From an uncultured Verrucomicrobiae bacterium (GTDB taxonomy: Bacteria > Verrucomicrobiota > Verrucomicrobiia > Chthoniobacterales > Terrimicrobiaceae): 64,000 nt of DNA. Numbering within the stretch: position 1 is the first letter of the stretch; each line of letters begins with the position of its first letter. The notes beneath the pieces are model-generated. The model was not told where the DNA came from, ran no database searches, and saw nothing but the letters and a program-made list of their open reading frames with translations. The stretch is taken from the NCBI GenBank assembly GCA_963706955.1, contig CAVPOC010000006.1, forward strand, positions 192,001-256,000, written 5' to 3'. This document shows positions 11,701 to 22,371 of this stretch, one piece after another. Both the position numbers and the translations under genes were made by a program.

Positions 11701-14700
11701 GACCTGATGGGCCGCACCGAAGGGCACGACGGGAGCCAGCTAGTCGATCTCTCCGCAGATGCAATATGTCGTCCTCCCGCGCACGAGCGCCTGGTGCGCT
11801 GGCGATCGCCGCGAGCGAACTCCAGCGACAGCTCAATGCGCTCGGTTTGCCAAACGCCGAGGCAATTCCCGGCGAGGTGACCCGCATCGCCAAGTCTGGC
11901 ACCGACTGACCCGCTGATGATGAATCGCCTCTATTACTTGATCAAGGTAGCGAAGGTGGCGGCTGCGGCCGGTCGCGCGCCGGCCACGAGCACTGCGGGC
12001 CTGGCCTCCGCAGCCCGCCAGGCGGTCGAATCTCGCGAGGGCCAGCGACGGTTACTTGCGCGTAGCGCGCGCCTGACGCTCGAATGGACGGAGCGGCTGG
12101 CGCAGGAGGCCACGCAGCGACGCGACGCATGGGTTGGGCTCTTTCGCTGGCCGCCCAGGCGACCCGCGACATCGCGCCGGTCGAAACGCTGGCGTTTCCC
12201 GGAGTGGTTATTAATACCTTCATAGGAACGCCCGGAGAGATCCAGAGGTATTCGCTCGACGGTGCCAGCGAGGGACCAGAGGTCCACCTCCATCGACGAC
12301 AAGTTCCGCTTCGAGATCGATCGTCGACCCGGAGAGAGCCTTGAGATGGAGATCTACGGTCTGCAACTACTACCGGCACAGCATCTCCGGCACGGTTTCT
12401 CCGCGGCTGCCGGTGGGCTGGGTGGCTTCGCCCGCGCAAGCCTCCTATTCGGTGGCCAGCCGGACAGCGGCAGCGATTCATGTTCACGGTCGCAACTCCC
12501 CAGAGCGTCGGAGCCCAAAAGTATTTCGTCGGCGGCAAGACACAATACAACGGCCAGGAGGTCCGGGAAATTCACTCTTCAGAATCACGTTCAACTCGGT
12601 TGCGACACAGACGCTGACGGTGACCAACGGCAGTGGCAGCGGCAATTACCCGCCCGGGACGCAGGTGCCAGTGAGCGCAAACCCGCCGGCTTCGGGTCAG
12701 CAATTTACGGGTTGGACGGGCGACGTCTCTATCTTGGCCAATCCGGCGGCGGCGACAACGACGGCGACGATTCCGTCGTCGAACGTCTCGATCAGGGCGA
12801 CCTATTCCGGAGGCACGATCTGGCGGCGCGGAAAAGATCCGCTATCATCCCCGATCCGGTTTCGGCTGGCGAATGGTCGGCGGCGTCTTCGAGGGCAGCA
12901 ACGGCAACAAGGACAGCGGACCCTATACGCCGCTATATACCATTTCAAGCGAGCCGTCTGGATGGACGGAGGTAGACGCGAGCCTGGGAGGATTTCGTTA
13001 TCTGCGATACCGTTCGCCCAGCGGCGGATTCTGCAACGTGGCGGAAATCGAATTCTATCGTAATAACAACAAGCTTAGTGGACCGGGGTTCGGCACGCCA
13101 GGCAGCTACAGCGGAGGAAGCGTCAGATGCCTACCCCGCCGCCCTCGACAGCAACATATCAACTTTCTTTGATTCGAACCAGAGGCAGCAACGCTTACGT
13201 TGGCATCGACACGGGCGCGAGTCTCTACACACTGACTGTGAATAACGGCAGCGGCGACGGCACCTACCTCGAGGGAACAAGAGTCACGGTAAGCGCTGAC
13301 CCACCGCCAGCCGGCCAGCAATTCTCCATGTGGACCGGCGACACGCCAATCCTCTCGAACCGGCTTCTCTCAACCACGTCGGCCCTAATCCCATCGATGA
13401 ACGTCTCAATCACTGCCACCTACACTGGCTCCGGGTGGCAGCGGCGGAACAGGCACCGGCCTTCTGGGTCAATATTACAACGATCCAAGCAACTCTAGTT
13501 ATCCCTTGGCTAACCCATTCACGAGTATCGCGGTGCTGACGCGGACCGACGCCAATGTGGATTTCGCCTGGGGCGGAAGCTCGCCCGAGCGCGGCTGTGA
13601 CCGCCGACAATTTCTCGACGAGATGGACCGGCAAAGTCGAAGCGCCGGTAACCGGCAGCTACACCTTTACCGCCCGCGGTGACGATGGTGTGAGGCTTTA
13701 CCTCAGTGGGGTGAAAGTCATCGACGGCTGGTCAGACCACGGCGCAACGGACTTCAACTATACGACAAACCTTACGACGGGAACGAAGTATGACATCGAG
13801 TTCCACTTCTATGAGCATGGCGGTGATGCCGAGTGCAGACTACAATGGAGCTATCCGGGCCAAGGCAAGCAGACGATTCCGCAAGGCCGGCTCTATGCGC
13901 CGACCAATCAGACCTATATTTTGACCGTCAATAGCGGTTCCGGCAGTGGCAGCTACACCGCGGGAACGCCAGTCAACGTCAGCGCGAACCCGGCGCCGGC
14001 GGGCCAGCAGTTTGCGGGTTGGACCGGGGATACATCGATCCTGGCGAGTGCGTCGGCCGCCTCGACGACAGCGACGATGCCATCGGCGAACGCAACGATC
14101 ACGGCAACGTATTCGAATACCGGCGGCGGAGGCGGGACCGGCCTGCGCGCCCAATACTACAATGACAGTGGCGCCAACTACCCGCTGGCCAATCCATTCA
14201 CGGGAACACCTGTGGTTACCCGCACGGAGCGCGGTGGATTTCGTCTGGGGCGGACGGTTCGCCGGGCGCGCTCGTGAACAATAACAATTTTTCGGTGAAG
14301 TGGAGCGGGAAAGTGAAGGCACCCGTGACAGGTAGCTACACGTTCACCGTTCGAGGCGATGATGGCGTGCGCTTGTTCATCAACGGCGACGAAGGTCCTG
14401 GACGGCTGGTCCGATCACGGAGCCACTGACTTCACCTACACCACGAATCTCGCAGCCGGAACGATGTATGACATTGAGCTCCATTTCTATGAGAATGGCG
14501 GCGGAGCGGAATGCAAACTGCAATGGAGCTATCCGGGACAGTCCAAGCAGATTATCCCGCAGAGCCAACTCTTCCCGGCAGCGAGTTACACATTAACGGT
14601 CAACAACGGCAGTGGCGATGGCAGCTATACCGCCGGAACTCAGGTTCATGTGACCGCCGATGTGCCGCCAGCGGGTCAGCGTTCGCCGCGTGGACCGGGG

Positions 14701-15715
14701 ATACATCCATCCTGGCCGAGCCTTCGGCGCATCCACGACCGCCAACATGCCGGCATCGAATGCCACGATCGCGGCGACCTACCAATCAAGCTCGATCGGC
14801 TCCGGTCTGCGCGGACAATACTACAACGACAGCAGCAGCACGCCCTATCCACTCGCCAACCCATTCGCCGGTTCCCCCGTGCTTACACGCACCGATGGCA
14901 CGGTGGACTTCAACTGGAGCAGCGGTTCGCCAGGAGCCCCGACAACCGCAAATTTCTTCTCTGTGAAGTGGACCGGCCAAGTGAAAGCACCCGTGTCGGG
15001 GACCTATATCTTTACCGTCACAGGCGATGATGGGGTGCGCCTGTTCCTGAATGGCGTCAAAGTCATTGACGGATGGAGAGACCAGGGCCCCACCTCTTAC
15101 ACTTACACGCACGACGCTAACAGCCGGCACACTATATGACATCGAGTTGCACTACTATGAGCACGAAGAGGGATGCGGCGTGTCGGTTGCAGTGGAGCTA
15201 TCCCGGACAAGCAATTCAGGCTATTCCGCAAAGTCAGCTCTATCCCTTTGTGCAGGAGGCCGCGGGACCAGGCCTGCGCGGGCAGTACGACAACGATAGC
15301 AGCAGTGCACAGTATCCCCTGGTCAACCCATTTGCTGGTTCTCCTGTGCTTACACGCACCGATGCCAGTGTTGACTTCAACTGGAGCGGCGGTTCGCCAG
15401 GCTCTCCGGTGAGTTCAAATTTCTTTTCGGTGAAGTGGACCGGACGGCTGAGGCCGCCGGTTTCAGGTGCGTACACGTTCACGGTCACCGGCGATGATGG
15501 CGTGCGCCTGTTTATCAATGGGACCAAAGTCATCGATGGATGGCGAGATCAGGCGCAACCCCTTACACGGACAGCACGATCTTGAGCTGGCGGCACATTT
15601 TCCGACATCGAGCTGCACTACTATGAGCACGAAGGCGACGCTGCCTGTCGGCTCCAGTGGAGCTATCCCGGACAAGGCGATCCAAGCTATTCCGCAGAGC
15701 CACCTGTTCCCATAG
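8786..15715 (+). CDS. Very large secreted modular protein, heavily frameshifted: FlgD-Ig-like, NHL/beta-propeller, clan GH-A glycoside hydrolase-like barrel, discoidin-like module, 4 InlB-B-like repeats, 4 PA14 domains
   Basis: Fragments in alternating frames: TITWDGLDQNG; GFAVDDQDNIY..RRILVFNRDG; YQFWNEPDNFW and KQVWNTE; FRYLRY...CNVAEIEFY; LTVN.GSG.G.Y...WTGD x4; FSVKWTG..DDGVRL..YE..G...LQWS x4. Start uncertain; pseudogene status unresolved. Confidence 0.72.
12610..15712 (+). repeat. Intragenic domain repeats: InlB-B-like (~12610, 13230, 13915, 14590) and PA14 (~13450, 14140, 14800, 15270)
   Basis: Recurring nucleotide blocks such as gtgaagtggaccgg, gcgatgatggcgtgcgc and tggagctatccc/ggg. 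Confidence 0.85.
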
Positions 15716-15920
15716 ACGTTTCCAGGAAGCGTCGACGGCCGAACCGGCAGCTCATTTCATCGCTTAAATACAGTTCGGCGGCGCAAACATCAGGCGACAT
15801 GTTCGACTGAGCGTTGTCTGGATTCCGCCCTCAGACCGGTCGATCTCCGAGCGAACATCCGCGAAAATCCGTGATAGTCTGTGACTCGGTTTCGTGGATG
15901 AGTAGAAGGGTAGTGAGAAG

Positions 15921-16676
15921 ATGAAAATCGCCACATGGAACGTGAATGGTATTCGCGCGCGAGAATCTCAGGTGCGCGAGTTGATCGAGCGCGAGCGGCC
16001 GGAGTTCCTCTGCCTGCAGGAAATCAAGGCTTCGACAGTGCAAGTGCCCGTTTCACTCTGTCAGATGGAAGGATACTGGTGTTATTGGCATGGCGGGCGA
16101 GCTTATTCTGGCGTGGGGTTGCACGTTCGCAAAGACTTGAGTGTCGAAAATCCTCTCTTTAGCCATCCAGGCTTCGACTACGAGAATCGCATCGTCTCCG
16201 TGCAGGTTGGGAATCTGATTGTCGCGTCGGTCTATGTGCCCAATGGAGGGAAGGACTTTCCGGCAAAAATGAGGTTTCTCGCGGCCGTGGACAAATACGT
16301 CGAGGATTGCCACGCAGCCGGAAACGAGCTCCTGTTTTGCGGCGACTTGAACATCACCCGCACCGACATGGACGTGCATCCGAAGGAGAGAAAGCCCAAT
16401 TGTATCGGCCAACTTCCGGAAGAGCGCGATCTTCTCGAGCGAATCATTGGCAAGGGGCTGGTTGACGTCGGTCGCGCACTCGACCCTCACAATGATCAGC
16501 TTTTCACCTGGTGGGCTCCCTGGCGTAATTTGCGTCAGCGCAATATCGGCTGGCGGCTTGATTACATCCTGGCGAGTGCATCGATCGCGCGAAGAGCAGC
16601 ATCCTGCACGGTGCTAGCGGAAGTCGGCACGAGCGATCACGCGCCTGTCGTCGCAGCGTTCAACCAGGTGGTTTGA
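15921..16676 (+). CDS. xth: Exodeoxyribonuclease III
   Basis: MKIATWNVNGIR, LQEIK, YVPNG, GDLN, FTWW, GWRLDY, SDHAP. Confidence 0.96.
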   Translation: MKIATWNVNGIRARESQVRELIERERPEFLCLQEIKASTVQVPVSLCQMEGYWCYWHGGRAYSGVGLHVRKDLSVENPLFSHPGFDYENRIVSVQVGNLIVASVYVPNGGKDFPAKMRFLAAVDKYVEDCHAAGNELLFCGDLNITRTDMDVHPKERKPNCIGQLPEERDLLERIIGKGLVDVGRALDPHNDQLFTWWAPWRNLRQRNIGWRLDYILASASIARRAASCTVLAEVGTSDHAPVVAAFNQVV

Positions 16677-16743
16677 TCTCGCTGGGCAACAGCGAGCATC
16701 CGAGCCAATGATTTGTTACTCGCGACAAGCCCTGCCTAGTCGA

Positions 16744-16938
16744 TCAGTCGATAATCTTGCGATGCCGTTCAAGGACCTTTTTTGCCAGCAGCCTGCAGGC
16801 GGCCAGATCCTCTGCGAGGAAATGAATGAAGCCACGGTTCTTGCAAAGGATCTCCCACTCCTCTCGACTGAATTGCTTCGAGAACTCGAGAAGCTCTACG
16901 TGCGTCGGAGGTTTCTCCACTTCCGCGTATCTACGCAT
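16744..16938 (-). CDS. Small hypothetical protein (64 aa)
   Basis: ATG-started ORF downstream of the thioredoxin-like gene on the same strand; no motif recognised. Confidence 0.4.
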   Translation of the reverse strand: MRRYAEVEKPPTHVELLEFSKQFSREEWEILCKNRGFIHFLAEDLAACRLLAKKVLERHRKIID

Positions 16939-16999
16939 TATCGTGGATCCACTATCGTCGATGAGCTGCCGTTTGGCGAGCTTGCTCTTGGCACCGAGA

Positions 17000-17896
17000 T
17001 TATTCGGCCGCCAGCAGACCTTCGAGGTCTTCGATGACCTTGGATGGTCCGAGATATTCCTCTCCCTTGTAGCTGTGGGATAGCACTTTTCCTTGCTGAT
17101 CGATGACGACCAGGCACGGAATACCGCGACCGGAATACTTCTCAAGAGGTGAGCTGCTGGCATTGGCGAATTTCAAGGCGGGCCACGGCATGCCGTCCTG
17201 TTTCATATACTCGAGCATCTCTTCCTTCGAGTTGTCCTGGCTGACGAAGATCACGTCAAACTTGTCCAGTTGAGACTTGTGCCGATTGTACCAATCCACC
17301 AGTCGCGGTGTGAATTTCCTGCATGGTCCGCACCAAGATGCAGAGAAGTAGACGGCCAAATACTTTTTGCCTTTAAGGCCTGACGCCTCGAATCGTTCCA
17401 GGCTGCTTCCATTGTAGATGACGAGCTTTCCAGTGAGACGATCGACGATCTCGTTGGTTGGCCCAGCAGTCGGCTTGGAGGCAGTCGGTGGTGGAGATTG
17501 TTTCACTTGCGGAGTTGCTGCTGTCCGTGCTGCGGCGAGCACTTCGAGTCGGGTCTTAACCGTTTGTGCCCTTGGAAGAATATCGGTATCCGCCGGCGGG
17601 AAGGTTAGCGAAGAGCCCATAGCCTCCACGACCACTCCGTCTGGCTCGATTGATTTGACGGCATAGACACGACCAGGCGAAGCTTGCATCGAGCCTGACA
17701 CCTTCCCATTGACGAGAAGTGGCACTTGATGCGCGATATTGACGGTAACCTCGCGAGGCCAGAGCGCGCGAGTCGCTGCGAGCATATCGATAGTCAGTGT
17801 CTCTTGGGCGCTGAGCGCTGGTAACAGCAAGATGACGGCCGTGACGAAGCAAACCGAATAGGTGCCCCTTGAAGGCCGAGAGGTCTCGAGATCCAT
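17000..17896 (-). CDS. Exported thioredoxin-like protein (nucleoredoxin/tryparedoxin-like)
   Basis: YFSASWCGPCRKFTP, IFVS.D, MPW, GIPCLVVID; hydrophobic signal and Pro/Thr linker. Confidence 0.88.
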   Translation of the reverse strand: MDLETSRPSRGTYSVCFVTAVILLLPALSAQETLTIDMLAATRALWPREVTVNIAHQVPLLVNGKVSGSMQASPGRVYAVKSIEPDGVVVEAMGSSLTFPPADTDILPRAQTVKTRLEVLAAARTAATPQVKQSPPPTASKPTAGPTNEIVDRLTGKLVIYNGSSLERFEASGLKGKKYLAVYFSASWCGPCRKFTPRLVDWYNRHKSQLDKFDVIFVSQDNSKEEMLEYMKQDGMPWPALKFANASSSPLEKYSGRGIPCLVVIDQQGKVLSHSYKGEEYLGPSKVIEDLEGLLAAE

Positions 17897-17980
17897 GGCC
17901 CCCGCTTGTAAGCATGCTACCTGAGCAGCGTCCAGTCCCAATCGACGGGGCGTAGACGGCCTTTCTTATTTGCTCCTTCT

Positions 17981-18752
17981 CTAGACCATCGAATCGTCGT
18001 CTCCGAAAAAGTCCCCGCCATCATCGGCAGCAAAGAACTCTTCCGAACCGGGATCGGGATTCGCCACCGATGTGTCAGCTTCTGGATCAAGTGAGCTCGT
18101 GGATTCGTCCTGGGTTGCCGGTTGATCTTCGGTCGAAGAGGGCTGACTTGTCTCGAAGACATTATTGACCACCTCAGTATTCTCCGCGACCACCGGTTCG
18201 CTGCCGATAGTTTCACCGGAGGGACCAACCAATCCTCCGAATTGGCCCGGATTGTGGCCCAACATGTTCTGAATGCCTTGGAAAAGTAACGCCCCACCAG
18301 CCACACCGGCTGCTGTCGAGAGGGCGTTCTGCAGAAAGCTGCCTCCAGCGGGACCGGGGCCGGTCTGGGGAAGCGGAGGAGGGGAAAGCTTCGACAGCGG
18401 GGCAGATTGAGACGGAGGGGTCGGCGGAGTTTCGCGCTCCGCGTGGAGGCTGCGCTGGTGATTGCCCCACTCCGAAAAGGTTCGCCACCCCGGAAAGGAA
18501 GCTTCCGCTTGACTCCTCGTCGGGGCGCTGGGCCGCGGCGAGCTGCTTCTCAAGATCGGCGATGCGGGTTTGGGCGGCAGTGAGCGCCTGCTGCATAACC
18601 AGGGTGCTCTGGACAAGCAGGTAAGGGGCGGAAGGCTGTTGCGAAACCTTTGTGCGGATGTATTCATCGGCTTGAGGGTCTTTAGGCTGCGCGGCCGCAG
18701 AGTTCAGCCGGTCAAAGAGGGTTGAAACGAGCGTGCGTTCGTCCGAAGTCAT
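17981..18752 (-). CDS. DUF2076 family protein (frameshift near 18400)
   Basis: MTSDERTLVSTLFDRL, P.APYLLVQ..LV, SFL..AL.TAAGVAGGALLF, acidic tail. Confidence 0.85.
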
Positions 18753-18891
18753 GAAACAAAGGAACTCCATTTGCACGAATTCGCAAGGGGAGGGCCATCC
18801 TCGTTTACGGCGGGCCGCCTTCAGAAAACTGGATCATCTTCACCGGGCAGGAGGGCTTTGCACGCGACTAACATCTGTGCGAGTTTGTTTC

Positions 18892-19101
18892 ATGGATGCC
18901 GTTTCCGATGGTGTCAGCTCCTCTCAGCAATCCCCAGGTGAGCCCAATGTGAAGTTTTGCGAAACCTGCGGAGCTTCTGGCGCCCTTAAGGTGGGTGATC
19001 GCTGGCTCTGCGAGAGTTGCTATGTCGAGGCCGGCTCATGCTGCTTGGAGTTTGGTGCGACCGACCTCTGGGAGGATTCGTCCGGCGCGAAGCGACCTTG
19101 A
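18892..19101 (+). CDS. Small Cys-rich putative metal-binding protein (69 aa)
   Basis: CETC-x13-CESC-x6-CC pattern; ORF fills the intergenic space. Confidence 0.65.
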   Translation: MDAVSDGVSSSQQSPGEPNVKFCETCGASGALKVGDRWLCESCYVEAGSCCLEFGATDLWEDSSGAKRP

Positions 19102-19164
19102 ACTGTAGCGGCGGCGTCCCCGCCGCCGGCGGGCCATCGACGATGAGGACATCGTCGCTACAGT
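19102..19164. repeat. Inverted REP-like doublet (GTAG + hairpin)
   Basis: GTAG-CGGCGGCG-TCCC-CGCCGCCG on + and GTAG-CGACGATG-TCCT-CATCGTCG on -, between convergent genes. Confidence 0.7.
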
Positions 19165-19241
19165 AGTCCCTCGTTCAGGACGACCCGTCCACAACGCTGG
19201 CGCATTGCAGCCTGCGGGCATCGGCTCGTTCTACCGGGCTC

Positions 19242-22200
19242 TTACTTCGCCGGCGCCAACTCGGGCTGGGGGACTGAAGGTTCCTCGGTCCTCGCCGGCA
19301 ACTTTGACTTCCCAGCGAACCGCTGCTGTAGCCGCTCAAGGTAGAGATAGATGATCGGCGTGATGTAGAGAGTCACAATCTGGGAAATCACCAAGCCGCC
19401 AACCACGCTCAGTCCCAAGGGTCTGCGAACATCGCCACCAGCACCCAATCCTAAAGCGATCGGGAGAGTCCCCATCATGGCGGCCAAGGTGGTCATCATG
19501 ATTGGGCGGAAGCGGACGATGCAGGCGTCAAAAATCGCGACCGCTGGCGGTTTTTGATCGTTGCGTTGCGCGTCAAGAGCGAAGTCGATCATCATGATGG
19601 CGTTCTTCTTGACGATGCCGATGAGCATCAGCAACCCGACGAAGCCGTAGACGTTCAATTCCTGACGAAAGACGGCGAGCGTCAGGAGCGCGCCAAAACC
19701 TGCCGACGGCAGTCCCGAGAGGATTGTCAGAGGGTGGACGAAGCTTTCGTAGAGGATGCCCAGGATGATGTAGATGACCAGAATTGCCATCAGCAGCAGA
19801 AGGCCCAGATTTCCGAGAGACGCCTGAAAAGCCTGAGCCGCTCCTTGAAACTGTGTGCTGACTTGCTCGCCGAGTTCCGCCGCGGCGATGCGCTCGATGA
19901 CGGGAACCACGTCGCTCAGGGAAGTGCCTGGCGCAAGATCAAAGGAGAGGGTGACGGCCGGGAGTTGTCCAAGGTGCTGGACGGTGAGCGGTCCAACCTG
20001 TGATTTGAACTGGGCTACGGTGCTGAGCGGAACCAACTGGCCATTCGACGATCTAACGAAGAGTCGCGAGAGATCAGCAGACTCACGCTTGAAGTTCTCG
20101 TTCGCTTCTAAAATCACCCGATATTGATCGGTAGGCGTATAAATGGTGGAGATCTGGCGAGCGCCATAGGCGTTTCCGAGGGCGCGCTCGATCTGTCCCG
20201 CGCTGATTCCGAGGCTGGATGCCTTATCGCGGTTGATATCGACAAGGATCTGCGGACTCGTGATCTGGAGGTCAGTCGTCACGTCGACAATGCCAGGGAT
20301 TTGATTCATCGATCCTTCCATTTTCGTCGCCGCGTCATACAGAAGATCGAGATCGGGTCCGAAAAGCGTGAACTGATAGAGGCTCTTCGTCAGAGTCCCG
20401 CCAATGCGAATCGAAGGCGGGTTTTGTGGGAACACTTTCAAGCCCGGAATTGTGGAAAGATCTGTTCGCAGTTGGCCGATGATCTGATCGATCGGAGGAC
20501 GTTCGCTTCGGGGCTTAAGACTTAGGAAGAGCCGACCAGTATTGTTCGCTCTCGCCCCGCCTCCGCCTCCGATACGCGACATGAAAGATCCAACGGCCGG
20601 ATTCTTGGAGACAATACCGGCCGCCTTCTGCTGAAGCTCGATCATTTTTTCGAAGGCGACTCCCTGCTCGGCCTCCGTCGAGATCACGATTCGGCCGGTA
20701 TCCTCGTTCGGCAGGAAGCCTTTCGATGCTTTGATAAACATCCAAACCGTTACCAAGGCCATGGCCAAGGCCGCCAAAGACACCATCACGTGATGCCGCA
20801 GGGCCAGGCGCAACGTCTTTTGATAACCTGCCAGGACCGCGTTGAAGACCGACTCCGACCACCGGAAGAGAGCGTTATTGCTGGCGCCATGGGCACTCTT
20901 GAGAAAACGGCTGCAAAGCATCGGGGTGAGCGAGAGCGAAACAAAACCGGAAATCAGAATGGCCACGGCAATGGTGACGGCAAATTCGTTCAAGAGCCGG
21001 CCCAAGATCCCGCCCATGAAAAGCACTGGAATAAATACCGCCGCCAGCGAAAGCGTCATCGACAGAATTGTGAATCCAATCTCTCGTCCGCCTTTGATAG
21101 CCGCCTCAAACGGTGTCTCTCCCTTTTCCATGTGGCGGACAATATTTTCGAGAACCACAATGGCGTCATCGACAACAAATCCCACCGCGAGGATAAGCGC
21201 CATCAGAGAGAAATTGTTGACGCTAAAGTTCAGCAAATACATCACGCAAAACGTGCCAATGATCGAGAGCGGGATGGCCGCGCTTGGGATAAGGGTGGCG
21301 CGCACATTCCGCAGGAAAATGAAGATCACCAACACGACCAGGGCGACCGCGAGCACCAGCGTGAACTGCACATCGTGCAGGGACTCGCGGATCGAAATCG
21401 AGCGGTCATAAAGGATATCCAATTTGACCCCTCCAGGGAGCTGCGCCTTGAAAGTGGGGAGAAGCTCGCGAATGCGATCAATCACTTGGACGGTATTGGC
21501 ACCGGGTTGCCGGAGGATTGCCAAAACGATGCCGCGACTTTGATTGTACCAGCCGAGATTCTTGTCGTCTTCTACGCTATTGATGACGCTGGCGATTTGC
21601 TTGAGGCGGACGGGAAAGCCATCCCGATACGCGACAATGACCTCGCGAAAATCCTCCGCACGCTCCAGTTTGCCGGTCGTTTTGATCGTTCGCGATTTCG
21701 GTCCGGCATCGAGCTCTCCGGTAGCCTCATTGGAATTTGCTTCGCGAATCGCGTTCTCAACGTCATCGAATCCGATCCCGCGGGCGGCGAGTTCCCTGGG
21801 ATCGACCTTGACGCGGACCGCGAACTTCTGCGCGCCGAAAATATCGACCTGAGCGACACCGCTCACTGTAGAGAGGCGCTGTCCGATCAGGGTCTCAGCG
21901 TATTCGTTGACTTTGTTGAGCGGCAATGATTCGGAATGAGCGGCCAGCATCAAGATCGGCTGCTCCGCAGGGTTGACCTTGCGAAACGAGGGAGGAGCCG
22001 GCATGTCTGTGGGCAGATCTCGTTGGGCCTGTGAAATCGCGGCCTGGACGTCCTGCGCCGCGGCATCAATATTGCGGGAGAGTTCGAACTGGATGGTGAT
22101 GCTCGTGGATCCCAGTGAACTCGTCGAGGTCATCGACTCGATTCCGGCTATGGTCGAGAACTGCTTTTCCAGCGGCGTAGCTACCGAGGAAGCCATCGTC

Positions 22201-22370
22201 TCGGGCTCAGCACCCGGCAAGCTGGCAGAAACGTTAATCGTGGGGAAATCAACGTTAGGCAGATCGCTGACCGGCAGCCGAAAATAAGCGAGCAGGCCCG
22301 CTCCGAGGATCGAGATCATGACAAGGGTCGTCATGATCGGACGCCGCACGAAGGGATCAGTCAGGCTCAT
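19242..22370 (-). CDS. RND efflux transporter permease (MdtB/MdtC-like)
   Basis: 1042 aa; PFVRRPI, LP.VDFPTI, GFVVDDAIVVLENI, GIVKKNAIMMIDFA, RFRPIMMTT. Confidence 0.96.
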   Translation of the reverse strand: MSLTDPFVRRPIMTTLVMISILGAGLLAYFRLPVSDLPNVDFPTINVSASLPGAEPETMASSVATPLEKQFSTIAGIESMTSTSSLGSTSITIQFELSRNIDAAAQDVQAAISQAQRDLPTDMPAPPSFRKVNPAEQPILMLAAHSESLPLNKVNEYAETLIGQRLSTVSGVAQVDIFGAQKFAVRVKVDPRELAARGIGFDDVENAIREANSNEATGELDAGPKSRTIKTTGKLERAEDFREVIVAYRDGFPVRLKQIASVINSVEDDKNLGWYNQSRGIVLAILRQPGANTVQVIDRIRELLPTFKAQLPGGVKLDILYDRSISIRESLHDVQFTLVLAVALVVLVIFIFLRNVRATLIPSAAIPLSIIGTFCVMYLLNFSVNNFSLMALILAVGFVVDDAIVVLENIVRHMEKGETPFEAAIKGGREIGFTILSMTLSLAAVFIPVLFMGGILGRLLNEFAVTIAVAILISGFVSLSLTPMLCSRFLKSAHGASNNALFRWSESVFNAVLAGYQKTLRLALRHHVMVSLAALAMALVTVWMFIKASKGFLPNEDTGRIVISTEAEQGVAFEKMIELQQKAAGIVSKNPAVGSFMSRIGGGGGARANNTGRLFLSLKPRSERPPIDQIIGQLRTDLSTIPGLKVFPQNPPSIRIGGTLTKSLYQFTLFGPDLDLLYDAATKMEGSMNQIPGIVDVTTDLQITSPQILVDINRDKASSLGISAGQIERALGNAYGARQISTIYTPTDQYRVILEANENFKRESADLSRLFVRSSNGQLVPLSTVAQFKSQVGPLTVQHLGQLPAVTLSFDLAPGTSLSDVVPVIERIAAAELGEQVSTQFQGAAQAFQASLGNLGLLLLMAILVIYIILGILYESFVHPLTILSGLPSAGFGALLTLAVFRQELNVYGFVGLLMLIGIVKKNAIMMIDFALDAQRNDQKPPAVAIFDACIVRFRPIMMTTLAAMMGTLPIALGLGAGGDVRRPLGLSVVGGLVISQIVTLYITPIIYLYLERLQQRFAGKSKLPARTEEPSVPQPELAPAK

Positions 22371-22371
22371 T

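Noticed and set aside
12600..15715. Repeats as a CRISPR array or DGR template/variable pair
   Set aside because: They are degenerate protein-domain repeats, with no constant repeat-spacer pattern and no cas or reverse transcriptase gene.
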